IMG/VR virus record: IMGVR_UViG_3300025161_000004
Location: 62,001 to 126,000 of that record
Length of the DNA: 64,000 nt
Direction: 5' to 3' (one strand)
The notes beneath the pieces are model-generated. The model was not told where the DNA came from and ran no database searches. It saw only the letters and a list, made by a program, of their open reading frames with translations. Of the stretch, positions 19,841 to 30,850 are shown piece after piece (position 1 is the stretch's first letter; each line of letters opens with the position of its first letter). Both the position numbers and the translations under genes were made by a program.

Positions 19841-22667
19841 ATTTTTTCTTCAAACTTCCAATTAAATCATTTAAGATAGACTCGGACACCTTAGACTGAA
19901 AATCTACATTGTCAATTGCTTTCGATATTTCTTTCCTTTTATTTTCAATAAGCTCAAATACCTTTTCGTCAATAGTTCCCATTAATTGAGGTATATAAAT
20001 GGTAACATTATTTTTTTGACCTATTCGATGGCAATTATGAACAGTTGATAACCCAACAACAAAAGAATGATCATCTTCAACAGTAAGATCATATACTCTT
20101 TCATTACCACGTTTTAATCTAACGATTTCAATTTTTGCTATTGAAAATAATAAATTGCCATTATCGTTTATTATAAATTTATTTTTTGTTGTCATATCAT
20201 TTAAACCATATTCAAGAGACCAAGATGAGTATCTTTTATTTGAATTATTTTGTTTTATTCTTGGTATATTACCAATTAATGACTCTAATAAAATTATTTG
20301 ATATGACAAATATTTAGATATTCTGCTTACTTGTTGCGAACCCTTTCTTTTATACCCATTAGTACTATAAATACCATCTAATAATGATTTAATCAAATCA
20401 TGTTTTAAATTAAAAAGTAATTCGGGTATTTTTTTATTTTTTGCAGTTTCACCAAACAAAAATTCAAAAACATCTCTTAAATCTTTAGAAAATATTGTAT
20501 ATACCACATATTTTTTATCTGACTTAAAATATTTATCATATGTGCTATTCAAACCAAAACTATCACTAATATATTCAATACACCTTTTAACTTCTAAATC
20601 TTCATCAATACGACCACTTATACAAACAGAATTTTCATTCACCCAACCATCACCAATAAATCTACCCATAGCATACAATAATTTATTATCCAATTTAATA
20701 TTTCTGTTTACGAATTTTAAATCACATCCTATTTTTTCTTCTATATAATCAATATTAAACTCATTTAAAGTATTATTTCCTATGTTCAATTTTGATAATA
20801 CAATCATATGATCAAATATATTAATATTTGATGCCTCAACCCATTCGTATGATTTTTTTATTTTATCATATACATATAATTTGTGATCTTGAGTACAAGA
20901 CAATGGTAAATGATATCCTTTGTAGTATATTTTATATAATGCTTTTTTCTTTTCTAATTTAGATTTAACATCAAGCACTTTTTTCCAATTACCTTTATGC
21001 GTATAGACTAAATCACCTATTTTAATATTTTCAATTTTTTTATATCCGTCATTTTTGGTCAACACTAATTGACCACTTAATATACATCTATCACTAACCT
21101 GATCATACTCACCAACACTAAATGGGAGTGTAATTATAAAAATTTTATTTGATGCTGTCAATGTCAAACCATAACTACATGTTTGTATTGAACCTAAAAA
21201 TAATTTTAAATCACTATTAGGATCTTGAAATTTACTTACAATAGTATTTCTTTCTTCAACAGATTGATCACCTGTATGTACTGCCGATATTGTCGGAAAC
21301 AATTTATTAATCTCATATAGATTTTCTTTGAACATATCAATAACTACAATTTTTTCATCTTCCTCAACTAATCTCTCAAGTAATTCTGCTACCATTTTAA
21401 TTTTTTGTTTTGCAGTATATTGTCTCAATCTAATTAAAACAGTTAATGGATTTAATTGTGTTTGATGTATATTACCGAAGATTATCTCCTCAACCACACC
21501 CTTCTCTATCTCTTTATACTCATCCAATTGATTTTTATCCATCTCAATGAATATTTTTTGATATATCTTATCTGGTAAATCTAGTACTTCTTCTTTTCTT
21601 TTCCTATAGGTATAAGCAGATAGTTTATTATAGAGTTCATCTAATTTAGGCAAATTATTTGTTTCCCAAGTCATTAACTCTGTATTGAATACCATTCCAC
21701 AATAATACTCAAAAAAATGTTTTTTTGTAGCAAACTCTATTGGTGATATTTGATTTAATGTAGTATATAATTCGTAAATTCTATTCGGTGCTGGTGTACC
21801 AGATAAAAACACTTTATGTTCAACTTTCTTAAATAACTTCTTAAAATTTTTGTAAGTGTTTGATTTGCTATTTTTTAACTTATGTGATTCATCGCAAATA
21901 ACACATTTTGGTATAAAATCTAAACCTAAATTTTTTAACTTATTTTTAATATTATCACTATTGCTCTTGTTAAAAAATTCATAGTTAAAAATAATGTATT
22001 TAGATTCTTCAATACTATATTCATTATTTTTATTACCTATGATATATGCTTTTGAATCAGTAAATTTTTTTATTTCATTAAAATAATTAAACTTAAGACT
22101 ATTTGGTGTGATAACAAATACTTTATCAAAACCCTTCATCTCAACAAATGCAATACTCACTAATGTTTTTCCTAGTCCCATTTCAAATGAAATCAATGCA
22201 CTGCCAACATATTCAAGAAATAACGCAGCTACAATTTGATGATTAAATAAAGTAACTCCGTTCTTTAAATTTTTTAAGACCTTATCCGCATATTGTTGTG
22301 GATTTTGCTCGTATTCTTTTTTAAATTTTATAGCTAAATCATTTTTTTCAAGCTGATTTTTTAATTCAAGAATTTTCTTTTTGGCTTTTTCATCTTCTTT
22401 TCGGGTAAGATTAATAAATTCTTTTTTATTTTCTTCACCCATGAAATCAAAAAATATTATCTTAGAATTACGATATGCTAAAATAACACTAAATAATCCT
22501 GCGGGGCTAATTTCCCATGCCTTTTGGGATGGATTCCAAGATCTTTGCTTGATAGGCAAGCTCTTTATTTTTTCAACTAATTGCTTATTATAGGGAAATC
22601 TGACATAATATTTGTTTGTATTGGGTACTTTTTCACAAAGTACAATGAATCGGGTATCTGAAGTCAT
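19830..22667 (-). CDS. SNF2-family (SF2) helicase with N-terminal HARP-like domain and an intein
   Basis: 'FPYN..LVEKIK......WNP..KAW' HARP-like; 'EMGLGKT', 'DESH', 'LSGTP', 'GLTLT'; motif VI 'QVSDR^CHRIGQ' split by an intein. Confidence 0.9.
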   Translation of the reverse strand: MTSDTRFIVLCEKVPNTNKYYVRFPYNKQLVEKIKSLPIKQRSWNPSQKAWEISPAGLFSVILAYRNSKIIFFDFMGEENKKEFINLTRKEDEKAKKKILELKNQLEKNDLAIKFKKEYEQNPQQYADKVLKNLKNGVTLFNHQIVAALFLEYVGSALISFEMGLGKTLVSIAFVEMKGFDKVFVITPNSLKFNYFNEIKKFTDSKAYIIGNKNNEYSIEESKYIIFNYEFFNKSNSDNIKNKLKNLGLDFIPKCVICDESHKLKNSKSNTYKNFKKLFKKVEHKVFLSGTPAPNRIYELYTTLNQISPIEFATKKHFFEYYCGMVFNTELMTWETNNLPKLDELYNKLSAYTYRKRKEEVLDLPDKIYQKIFIEMDKNQLDEYKEIEKGVVEEIIFGNIHQTQLNPLTVLIRLRQYTAKQKIKMVAELLERLVEEDEKIVVIDMFKENLYEINKLFPTISAVHTGDQSVEERNTIVSKFQDPNSDLKLFLGSIQTCSYGLTLTASNKIFIITLPFSVGEYDQVSDRCILSGQLVLTKNDGYKKIENIKIGDLVYTHKGNWKKVLDVKSKLEKKKALYKIYYKGYHLPLSCTQDHKLYVYDKIKKSYEWVEASNINIFDHMIVLSKLNIGNNTLNEFNIDYIEEKIGCDLKFVNRNIKLDNKLLYAMGRFIGDGWVNENSVCISGRIDEDLEVKRCIEYISDSFGLNSTYDKYFKSDKKYVVYTIFSKDLRDVFEFLFGETAKNKKIPELLFNLKHDLIKSLLDGIYSTNGYKRKGSQQVSRISKYLSYQIILLESLIGNIPRIKQNNSNKRYSSWSLEYGLNDMTTKNKFIINDNGNLLFSIAKIEIVRLKRGNERVYDLTVEDDHSFVVGLSTVHNCHRIGQKNNVTIYIPQLMGTIDEKVFELIENKRKEISKAIDNVDFQSKVSESILNDLIGSLKKKYVR
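20034..21086 (-). mobile_element. Intein (351 aa) with LAGLIDADG homing-endonuclease domain
   Basis: Starts 'CILSGQLVLT'; block B 'CTQDHKL'; 'GRFIGDGW' and 'LDGIYSTNG' endonuclease blocks; ends 'VYDLTVEDDHSF.....VHN' followed by Cys+1. Removal restores helicase motif VI. Confidence 0.92.
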
Positions 22668-22687
22668 TTTAGGCTATGGCTATATTG

Positions 22688-22695
22688 CAAATATA
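22688..22695 (-). promoter_or_regulatory. Bacteroidota-type -7 promoter element (TATATTTG) for the helicase-polymerase unit
   Basis: Matches TAnnTTTG about 20 nt upstream of the helicase ATG. Confidence 0.55.
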
Positions 22696-22702
22696 GCTAA
22701 AT

Positions 22703-23107
22703 TTAAACTACAGTGGTAACTGTGATTGAATCTTGAATATAAATATCTATCATTTGATTAGTTGGGAATGCCATTTTTCCACAAAAATTCCCTAAAAAAT
22801 CAATTTGAAACTGACCTTTAAAATGTCCTTCTTTTCTGGTGTCTTTTGATGAAAAACGATAAGTTAATGTATATTTCACCTCATCTGGTTCTAATGCTCT
22901 ATTTTCGCTAATCTCTAAATTTGCCTCTGAATTGGCTATTTTATATATTCCTGTATCAGCATCCACCATAGAAAATGTAACAGCACAATTTTCTAGCATA
23001 TCTTCTGTAATATCATAATATTCCATGATTGCTTGTGTTAAAGGAAATTTTAACTTAGGTAATGTACTGTTCTTTTTTATGTAAAAAATTTGTCTACTTT
23101 GATGCAT
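22703..23107 (-). CDS. Hypothetical beta-rich protein (BppU N-terminal-like, probable virion)
   Basis: 'FYIKKNSTLP.L....VTFSM.D...Y.F...DT...G.F.GQF.I.F' pattern. Confidence 0.55.
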   Translation of the reverse strand: MHQSRQIFYIKKNSTLPKLKFPLTQAIMEYYDITEDMLENCAVTFSMVDADTGIYKIANSEANLEISENRALEPDEVKYTLTYRFSSKDTRKEGHFKGQFQIDFLGNFCGKMAFPTNQMIDIYIQDSITVTTVV

Positions 23108-23110
23108 ATC

Positions 23111-24043
23111 TTAAGTGTTAATATTGTTTTCATTATAATCTATATTGATATTATCATATAAATACATTCTTATTGTGAGACCACCAGTGTTCGGTATAAC
23201 ATTATCAAGCCAAGAATGATTTGTATCAGTCAACAAAATATTTTTCAAAACAGATTCTGCGCCCTCAATGTATTTGAATATTGCACTATTGTATTGTTCG
23301 AGGAATAATAACCCTAGATTTTCAGCCTCTATCTGTGTAACACCCAAAGTCATCATAATCAAACCAACAGTATTTGTTTTTAACGTCGATATGACATTTC
23401 TTCTTCTAACCTCACCAGCCTGAATAGCTTCCTCTACCGTATAATATTTAGTTGTTTTCTTCGTTTCACCTGATGTACCGTCAGTATAATACCAAGTTAT
23501 AGTCATTTCACGTCTACTTAACATTTTATTAGTACGGTAATATGTTCTATCTTCACTTACACATAACTTACTATACGTTTGATTTATTGGATTATATTCT
23601 CCATAATACTCAACCCTATATAATTCACCCTTTCTAAAAAATCTTTTCTTGTGTAAACCAATTATATCATAATCTATATTTAATGGTGCAATCTTAGCAT
23701 TTATTTGTCTTGAAAAATTTTCGTAATTAATATAATCATATATCCTATAATAATGATCTAACACATAATTTTGAACTACACTTAGTTCAGATTCATTCAA
23801 TTCCGTTAATGATTCGGGCAATAATTTACTTATTTCAAATCTAACAGTATTATAATTTAAAACATTCTCACCAAATAAACCCCAATTCAATATTGAACTA
23901 ATATCCACATATCCATTCGGGATTGTTTCACCAGAAAAAATCCACTTGAATGGATCATTACCAGATAATTCTGAATTATCCCATGATGTCTTTTCAACAC
24001 CAATTATTTGACCATTTAAAACATATGCTAATAATTTTCTCAT
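23111..24043 (-). CDS. Hypothetical protein (310 aa), probable virion/fibre-associated
   Basis: Coupled to the fibre-like gene cluster. Confidence 0.65.
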   Translation of the reverse strand: MRKLLAYVLNGQIIGVEKTSWDNSELSGNDPFKWIFSGETIPNGYVDISSILNWGLFGENVLNYNTVRFEISKLLPESLTELNESELSVVQNYVLDHYYRIYDYINYENFSRQINAKIAPLNIDYDIIGLHKKRFFRKGELYRVEYYGEYNPINQTYSKLCVSEDRTYYRTNKMLSRREMTITWYYTDGTSGETKKTTKYYTVEEAIQAGEVRRRNVISTLKTNTVGLIMMTLGVTQIEAENLGLLFLEQYNSAIFKYIEGAESVLKNILLTDTNHSWLDNVIPNTGGLTIRMYLYDNINIDYNENNINT

Positions 24044-24044
24044 A

Positions 24045-25166
24045 TTATCTTACTTGTTTTGCTCTTATTGAACCATATGTTATAAACGCAGTACCACCGC
24101 CAACTTGTCTAAATCTAATTTCAAAAGTATGTATACCAGATGTAAGTGTCAAATCTTTTGTTAATATAAAAGGCATTACATTTACAGATGCATTCGATTG
24201 AATTCTATTTTCTACACCTTGTAATACATTATCAATATAAAATCCTATAACAATACTTCTATTTGAAGTAATATTTCCACCTACAGCATTGAAATCAATA
24301 GACCATGTACCACCATCTAAAAAACCAGACCTACCACTAAGGTATACTACATCAGTAGTAGTCGTATTATTTTGAGTTGTTGATCTATCAATATAATAAT
24401 AAAATCCTGTACCACCAGTAATAGTATTTATACTTACATTCGAATTTTTTAAATTACCATTAGCATCAAATATTGCGATATTATTTGTAGCACCAAAAAC
24501 TTTATCAATTTTATTATTTGTAATACCAGTGACATAACCATTATCTACTAATGATCTCGCATTATAATTTGCAGATAGATTAGTAGAATATTGAATTGGA
24601 AAACCAGCAAAGGTTAGTCTACTTCCTGTTGCTGGTGAAGTTATTGTTGTCGCACCTGTTAATGTACCACCTAATCTAACATTTGTTCCATTTTTTGTTA
24701 AACCATTATTTGCAGACTGAAGTGCAGTACTACCTGTATAGGTATTAAATATCGTTTTACTTAAAAAGGTATTTGGAGCAGTACTACCTGTATAGGTATT
24801 AAATAAACCCTTATTTAATTTACCATTTATAGTTGATTCAGTTGTTGCGGTATAACCATTAAAAACTGATTCAGATATTCCACTAATATTTGTTGTTGCA
24901 GTATAACCTGTTAATTGACCATATGTAACATATGAATCTGGAGATTTATCAACAGTATCATTTAAATATGATCTTATTGTCTGATCGTCATTTAAAACTA
25001 TACTACCACTTTGTTCTCTATAAAAGTAAAGTGGTTGATTTTGAGGTATGAAAAAATTAATTTGAATTTCACCAGTATTAGGTGGTAAAGGTGCAAAAGA
25101 AGTTGTACTCCTATCAACTAATGTATTATTATAATCAGTTCTATAAAGATAATATTCCAATGCCAT
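24045..25166 (-). CDS. Fibre-like virion protein
   Basis: T/G/S-rich; 'F..YT.(T/S)T' repeats; 'ANNGLTK.G..V.LGGTLTG.T' module; N-terminus paralogous to 25192..27051. Confidence 0.65.
   Translation of the reverse strand: MALEYYLYRTDYNNTLVDRSTTSFAPLPPNTGEIQINFFIPQNQPLYFYREQSGSIVLNDDQTIRSYLNDTVDKSPDSYVTYGQLTGYTATTNISGISESVFNGYTATTESTINGKLNKGLFNTYTGSTAPNTFLSKTIFNTYTGSTALQSANNGLTKNGTNVRLGGTLTGATTITSPATGSRLTFAGFPIQYSTNLSANYNARSLVDNGYVTGITNNKIDKVFGATNNIAIFDANGNLKNSNVSINTITGGTGFYYYIDRSTTQNNTTTTDVVYLSGRSGFLDGGTWSIDFNAVGGNITSNRSIVIGFYIDNVLQGVENRIQSNASVNVMPFILTKDLTLTSGIHTFEIRFRQVGGGTAFITYGSIRAKQVR
24724..24805. repeat. 28-bp exact direct repeat with 54-bp period inside a fibre gene
   Basis: GCAGTACTACCTGTATAGGTATTAAATA at 24724-24751 and 24778-24805 (encodes FNTYTGSTA twice). 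Confidence 0.85.
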
Positions 25167-25191
25167 TTAATCACATTCATTTATTAACTCA

Positions 25192-27051
25192 TTATTGCAA
25201 TGTATTCTTCTTTTTAATCAATATTGTTGGGTTTGGTCTTGTGTTAGTAGTACCAGCAAGTCCAGCTCTAAATACTACTAAATCAAGTCTTGTTCCTGAT
25301 GTTAATGATACTACAACACTTGGTAATGCGAGATTGCCAACGCTATCTGCTCTCGATGTATTTTCTGCAGCAAATGTTCTATTTATTACGGTTGTATTAT
25401 TAATAACAATATTACTACCATATGATCTCACATTATTATTACCTGTATGTATTATTGGAATATTATATGTGATTTCATAATCACCAGTTTGGTTAACAAA
25501 TATCCCACTACCACCAGTCCAAGAAAATAGCGTGGATGATTTTAATTGACCATTCCAAACAATGGGTGTCGGTGTGATCGTATTAATATCAATTCCTGTT
25601 GTTCCTGTTCTAATTAAATAAATCTCATCTGATTTAGTTGTTGCAGTATAACCAGTAAATACATTGATACTAAGTTTTGTATTATCTAATCCAGAAGTTA
25701 TACCCGATATATATGCAATATCACTCTCAATATTATCTAAACGTGTATCAGTTGATGCTGTATATACATTAAAATCTAAATTATTAAGTTTTGTGTTAGT
25801 GATTCCAGAGATATATGTAATATCATCTTCTATACCTCCTAATCTAATTTCTGTTGTAGCGGTATATGAATTAAATAATAATTCGTCTACTTTTGAATTA
25901 AGTACTACACCTAAAGTACCACCAGTAACCTCAACATTTAATTGAGAACCATCCCAATCTAAATTATCGCCAGCTATTGCAGCACCATCAAGAGATATTA
26001 AATTACCAGATATATTAATACCAACACCAAATGTATATGAATTAGCTGCACTAAATTGAACCCAATTAATTGGGTCGATATTAATATTTACAATACCATC
26101 CCAATCTATAACCCAACCACTTGATCCATTGGTATTTCCCGTCTCAACAAATACAAATACACCACCAGATATCTCATTTGAAGGTATACCATCCATGTCT
26201 GCCGATCTATACCATACACCAGAAGATATAACTACATAGATACCGTTTTGTTGTGGTGATAGTTGATTTTTAACCAATACTCTATCTCCATTAACTAATG
26301 TTACACCATCGATTGATGTTGGTGCTGATGTAAACGCACCTGTCCCAGCAGTACCACCAGTTACAATATAAACTGCTCCAGTTAAATCCGAAACAGTTGC
26401 AACACGAACCGATTCTTTTGGATCAAGACCTGCCGAAATGGAATCGATATATGTTTTAGTTGCTGCACTATAAGCATTAAAATTACTTATCTTTAATCTT
26501 GCCGCAGTTTCACCAGATAAATAATTTATATTATCCTCAATAGCTGAAATTTTTATGTTTGTTGTTGCAGTATATGCTGTGAAAACTTCAATTGAGGTTG
26601 CACCACTAATTCCAGTTAATAAATCATTAATATCATAACCCGAATCAATTAATGTAGTACCACTCGCACCAAAAATTGGAACATTACCAGTTATAGCACC
26701 GAATACTTTATCTAATTTACCTGCGGTTTGCCCTGAAAGATAATCAATATCGTTATTTACGTTACTAAATTCTATTTGAGTTGTAGCAGTATAACCAGTG
26801 AATGTTTGATAATCTAATGGTGAATCAGGAGAAGGTGGATTAATGAAATTTAACCAATTATTAATGTTGGTTTCTGTATTTGGAATTACGTCACTTGGTA
26901 GTGATACTCTCCATAGATAGAGTGGTTGATTTACTGGAATGACAAAATCTGTAAATAATGCTGCTTCATTTCCTGTTGAATCATTAACAGCTGATTCTCT
27001 TACGATTGTATTACCATAATCAGTACGATATATTAGATATCTAAATGTCAT
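25192..27051 (-). CDS. Fibre/decoration-like virion protein
   Basis: 'F..YTATT...I.YLSG.T' heptad repeats; 'GLDPKESVRVAT...DRVLVKNQ....QNGIY' module typical of phage fibre proteins; C1q-like beta C-terminus. Confidence 0.7.
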   Translation of the reverse strand: MTFRYLIYRTDYGNTIVRESAVNDSTGNEAALFTDFVIPVNQPLYLWRVSLPSDVIPNTETNINNWLNFINPPSPDSPLDYQTFTGYTATTQIEFSNVNNDIDYLSGQTAGKLDKVFGAITGNVPIFGASGTTLIDSGYDINDLLTGISGATSIEVFTAYTATTNIKISAIEDNINYLSGETAARLKISNFNAYSAATKTYIDSISAGLDPKESVRVATVSDLTGAVYIVTGGTAGTGAFTSAPTSIDGVTLVNGDRVLVKNQLSPQQNGIYVVISSGVWYRSADMDGIPSNEISGGVFVFVETGNTNGSSGWVIDWDGIVNINIDPINWVQFSAANSYTFGVGINISGNLISLDGAAIAGDNLDWDGSQLNVEVTGGTLGVVLNSKVDELLFNSYTATTEIRLGGIEDDITYISGITNTKLNNLDFNVYTASTDTRLDNIESDIAYISGITSGLDNTKLSINVFTGYTATTKSDEIYLIRTGTTGIDINTITPTPIVWNGQLKSSTLFSWTGGSGIFVNQTGDYEITYNIPIIHTGNNNVRSYGSNIVINNTTVINRTFAAENTSRADSVGNLALPSVVVSLTSGTRLDLVVFRAGLAGTTNTRPNPTILIKKKNTLQ

Positions 27052-27077
27052 TACTACTCCTTTATTTTATATTTTAT

Positions 27078-28103
27078 TTATAATATCTTATTAATTTTAA
27101 TCCAACTTCCATTTTTAACAGTAGTAACACTACCTGCACTACCTATTCTAAATGCCACCAATTCAACATAGTCACCCGAATTTAAATTCACCTTATAAGG
27201 TGGCATCGTATTAGATCCTGAACCACTACTATTCTTCATAAATGATGAACTTGTGAGTTGTGTTATAAGTGTAGTACCGTTCTTTTTTATAACTGTACCA
27301 ATATTTTTATCACCACCACTACCAAATTCAAGATTTAATACATAACTTAGTTCAAATAATCCTGTTTCTGATATATAAATACGACTTCCACCAGTAAAAT
27401 TGAGTGATGTTCCACTATATTCTTGTGTTGTCCATGTTATTGGTGTATGTGGTATGGTATTTACTTCTGTACCACCAGAAATATCAATTAATTGTAGTGA
27501 ATTGGGTAAAACTACATTGATAGTATTACCTGTGGTTATTTGTATACCTTTACCTGCTGTTAGCTGATCTTGTTTACCTAAAATAAGTGAATATGTTTGA
27601 CCAGAATATGTATCAAAATCATTAATTGATACGTATGTATTAGGTGCTGTTGTACCAGTATAATCAGCAAATGCTGATATGTTAACTTTTGTATTTAAAT
27701 CTGTTAAATATGCAATTGTTCCTGATGAATCTTGTACTTTTAGTGTTCTAAAGACACCAGATGTTATACCAGAAGTTTGAATATTAATTCCCTTAGTATT
27801 ATCAACTCCATCAAAAATTTGAAAATTCGTAGAACTAAAAAAAGATGGTATATCACCCAATCTTCTCCATGTAATACCATTCGAATAGTATAATCCTGCT
27901 TCTTTTCTATTTAAAACATATGCTCCAGATGAATTACGAACTACATAAATATCACCATTATGTAAAATTGCTGGTGGTAAATGTGAATATAAATTAACTT
28001 CTTGATACGTAGAGCTACTTCCACCAGTATAACCAGTACCCGTAAAATCTTTATCGAATAAAAATACCTTTCCTGATATTAAATCTATAGTAAAAGTAGC
28101 CAT
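27078..28103 (-). CDS. Fibre-like virion protein with C1q-like C-terminus
   Basis: 'KQDQLTAG.GI' module; C-terminal region similar to that of 25192..27051. Confidence 0.6.
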   Translation of the reverse strand: MATFTIDLISGKVFLFDKDFTGTGYTGGSSSTYQEVNLYSHLPPAILHNGDIYVVRNSSGAYVLNRKEAGLYYSNGITWRRLGDIPSFFSSTNFQIFDGVDNTKGINIQTSGITSGVFRTLKVQDSSGTIAYLTDLNTKVNISAFADYTGTTAPNTYVSINDFDTYSGQTYSLILGKQDQLTAGKGIQITTGNTINVVLPNSLQLIDISGGTEVNTIPHTPITWTTQEYSGTSLNFTGGSRIYISETGLFELSYVLNLEFGSGGDKNIGTVIKKNGTTLITQLTSSSFMKNSSGSGSNTMPPYKVNLNSGDYVELVAFRIGSAGSVTTVKNGSWIKINKIL

Positions 28104-28171
28104 TTATCGTATTTATAGAGTTTCATATAAATACTCAAAATTTAAAGCAACACACTACTTTAATTAGATTC

Positions 28172-28501
28172 CTATAAATATGTTAATGTATATCTATCAT
28201 CCCATGCATATCTGAAAAACTGCTCTCCACCAGCAAATTTTTGTTCCCAAACACTACCAATCTGTTCAATTCTTTTAATTTTCCAAACAGGCTCACTTTC
28301 ACTTGAGCCATATTCTGCCCATCCCAAATAATACAAAGTTTCACTCACTACATCGATTCGGGTAGGTGAATCGTCTCTAATAAGATTAACTTCACGACCA
28401 TGAGCGTCAGTGCCTTCAGTATCAAACTTTATCGGATTAGTATTTGTACCTATGGGTCTGTATTTTGTACCACTATTTCTACCATCAGCTTTTTTTGCCA
28501 T
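28172..28501 (-). CDS. Hypothetical protein (109 aa), probable virion accessory
   Basis: 'YLGWA..GS....PVWKIKRI......F...WDDR..LTY' pattern; GTATTTATA motif upstream. Confidence 0.7.
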   Translation of the reverse strand: MAKKADGRNSGTKYRPIGTNTNPIKFDTEGTDAHGREVNLIRDDSPTRIDVVSETLYYLGWAEYGSSESEPVWKIKRIEQIGSVWEQKFAGGEQFFRYAWDDRYTLTYL

Positions 28502-28604
28502 ATGATAATACTTTATTATAAATACTTTTTTTTATTATAATAATAAAAAAAGAAATTCTTTAGAATTCCTTAATCAAAACCATATTTAGTATTTTTTATT
28601 ATAA

Positions 28605-28919
28605 TTAAAGTATCACATCAACATTACCAACACCAACATATTGTTCCAAAAATGCTTTAACATCATTATGAATGGTTAATGGTGTTAAAGCTGCATATTC
28701 TTCATCCGTTAACTGTTTTATGAAATTTTTAACAGGTATTTCAACGACATCAATGTCTGCTTTGTTTTGATTTAGTGCTTCAAGTGATCTATATATCAAA
28801 AAATCCACACTGTAATTCTTTCCTCTATGTGGAAATCTTGTACTGAAAATTACATACGATCCTGATTCTACTGTTCCTCCATCTGTTGTTGTTAGTGTCG
28901 TATTAATTCGTAATGCCAT
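28605..28919 (-). CDS. Hypothetical protein (104 aa), possible fibre chaperone/accessory
   Basis: Follows the adhesin-like gene; GTATTTATA motif upstream. Confidence 0.65.
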   Translation of the reverse strand: MALRINTTLTTTDGGTVESGSYVIFSTRFPHRGKNYSVDFLIYRSLEALNQNKADIDVVEIPVKNFIKQLTDEEYAALTPLTIHNDVKAFLEQYVGVGNVDVIL

Positions 28920-28952
28920 AATGTTATTTTTTTTATAAATACTTTAAAATTA

Positions 28953-30755
28953 TTAAGATACCCTTTGTACTTCTAATATAACATGCCAATTAATTGTTGT
29001 AGATGCAGCACCTGTAACTCTCACCCTAACATCATTACCTGACACATCAAAAGTGCTATCCCATGCAGAATTTGATTCTATATCTGAAATAACATCTTGT
29101 GTTGTACCTTGTTGTACTGCGCCACCACCTTCACGATAAAACAAACCTTGTTTAACATATAATGCACGATCTGCGCCACTAACTTCTCTTGCTTTTATTG
29201 TTGCCTTAATTGAATAAGTACTACCAGTTTGTAGTGTATATGCTAATAAAGTTGTGGTTGTGTTATTTGTTGTTTGTAAAGTACCCTTTATTAATTTCAA
29301 ATCGTCATTTGAATTCCAACCAAATTGTACACTATTTGTTGTATTATTATTACAATTATTTCCGATTGTAATAGCTCCTGTTGCAGTAGTACTAATATTA
29401 GTACCAATAGATATTCCATTAGAAGATGTCGCAACACTATTAGAGCCAATTATTATTGTTGTTGCACCAATATTAGCATTTACTGCACCACCACCAGCAT
29501 TTTTTCCTAATATTATACTTTCAGCACCAAAACTACCAGTAGTAACACCAGCATTAGTACCTAATGAAATTGCATTTGTTGATCTTGTTTTTGCTCCAAT
29601 ACCAATGGATATACCATCGCCTTCACTCGCAGAAGTACTACCAATAGACACACCACCATCAGAATTAGCGTTATTACCTATTGCTATTGAATTAGTACCA
29701 ATTGATTTTGACGATACTCCTATAGCAACTGAATTTTGACCAATATTTGAACTTCCCTGATTTGAAAGTGCACCAATTGAAATTGAATTTATACCAACAA
29801 CACCAGTGGTATTCCCTGCACTCCTACCGATTGAAATAGTATCTGCACTTATAGATTGTGCTGCACTACCAATAGCAATCGAATAAGTACCGATAGGTTT
29901 TGTACCTTGATTTGCATTATATCCGATAGAGATTGAATGATGTCTACCTGTTGCAGAACCAGATGTTTTACCTGCTCTATATCCTAAAGCAATCTGACCA
30001 CCATTCCATGCTCTGGCTTCTTGACCAATAGCAATATCAAAACCTCCGATGGCACTTGTACCGTGACCTATAAAATAAGCTGAAGGTAAAATTCTAAATA
30101 TTAGATTGTTTGATGAGCCAGTATAATATCCTCTAATATCTAGAGCAGATGACTCATTACCATTAGTCGCAGTTGAAAATCTCCAAAGCAGTTCAATCGC
30201 TGGTTTTTCAACTAAAGTTGAAGTTGGAGAAACAAATTTTATAATACCGACATTATTTACGTCTGGAGTACCGCCAGAATTTCTTTTAACGAATGTCGCT
30301 ATATTCCTCCCCGCACTTGCAGTACCAGTGTCTACAATAAAATTGAATGGTGAAACAGTATCATCTACTGTAATAGTATCACTCCTAAAATTTTGATTAC
30401 TTGTTGTAGTTACAGATAACGTACTTAATTTAGAACTTGCCGAACCAAAATTCAAGTAATAACCACCACCAGCAATTTCAGTATTACCAGTAAGTGTACC
30501 GCCCAATTTAACTCTTTTTCCTGTTTTTGTTAAGCCATTAGTTGCACCAGTAATTATAAGAGATGTTACATTTGATATAGAATCATCAACATATTGTTTA
30601 TGTACAATCTCTGTTGGTTCACTAATTGATATCGCTGATTGATAATTTAACGAACCACTATTTGCAATAATAGTGTCGCCAGATAAATTAAGTGTAGAGC
30701 CACTTACCTGCTTGAATTTTTGATTACTTAAATTTTGTTTTGTTGAGAATGCCAT
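28953..30755 (-). CDS. Fibre/adhesin with YadA-head-like (SIAIG) beta-roll repeats
   Basis: Many 14-residue-type '(S/A)I(A/S)IG..(A/S)' repeats; N-terminus paralogous to 33930..34931. Confidence 0.75.
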   Translation of the reverse strand: MAFSTKQNLSNQKFKQVSGSTLNLSGDTIIANSGSLNYQSAISISEPTEIVHKQYVDDSISNVTSLIITGATNGLTKTGKRVKLGGTLTGNTEIAGGGYYLNFGSASSKLSTLSVTTTSNQNFRSDTITVDDTVSPFNFIVDTGTASAGRNIATFVKRNSGGTPDVNNVGIIKFVSPTSTLVEKPAIELLWRFSTATNGNESSALDIRGYYTGSSNNLIFRILPSAYFIGHGTSAIGGFDIAIGQEARAWNGGQIALGYRAGKTSGSATGRHHSISIGYNANQGTKPIGTYSIAIGSAAQSISADTISIGRSAGNTTGVVGINSISIGALSNQGSSNIGQNSVAIGVSSKSIGTNSIAIGNNANSDGGVSIGSTSASEGDGISIGIGAKTRSTNAISLGTNAGVTTGSFGAESIILGKNAGGGAVNANIGATTIIIGSNSVATSSNGISIGTNISTTATGAITIGNNCNNNTTNSVQFGWNSNDDLKLIKGTLQTTNNTTTTLLAYTLQTGSTYSIKATIKAREVSGADRALYVKQGLFYREGGGAVQQGTTQDVISDIESNSAWDSTFDVSGNDVRVRVTGAASTTINWHVILEVQRVS

Positions 30756-30850
30756 GTGTTATATTTTTTTATAAAAAAATTTATTATGTAATTAATCTTA
30801 TTTATTATCACAAATAAATAGTTTTATTTTTTTTTAATATGTTAGTTAGA

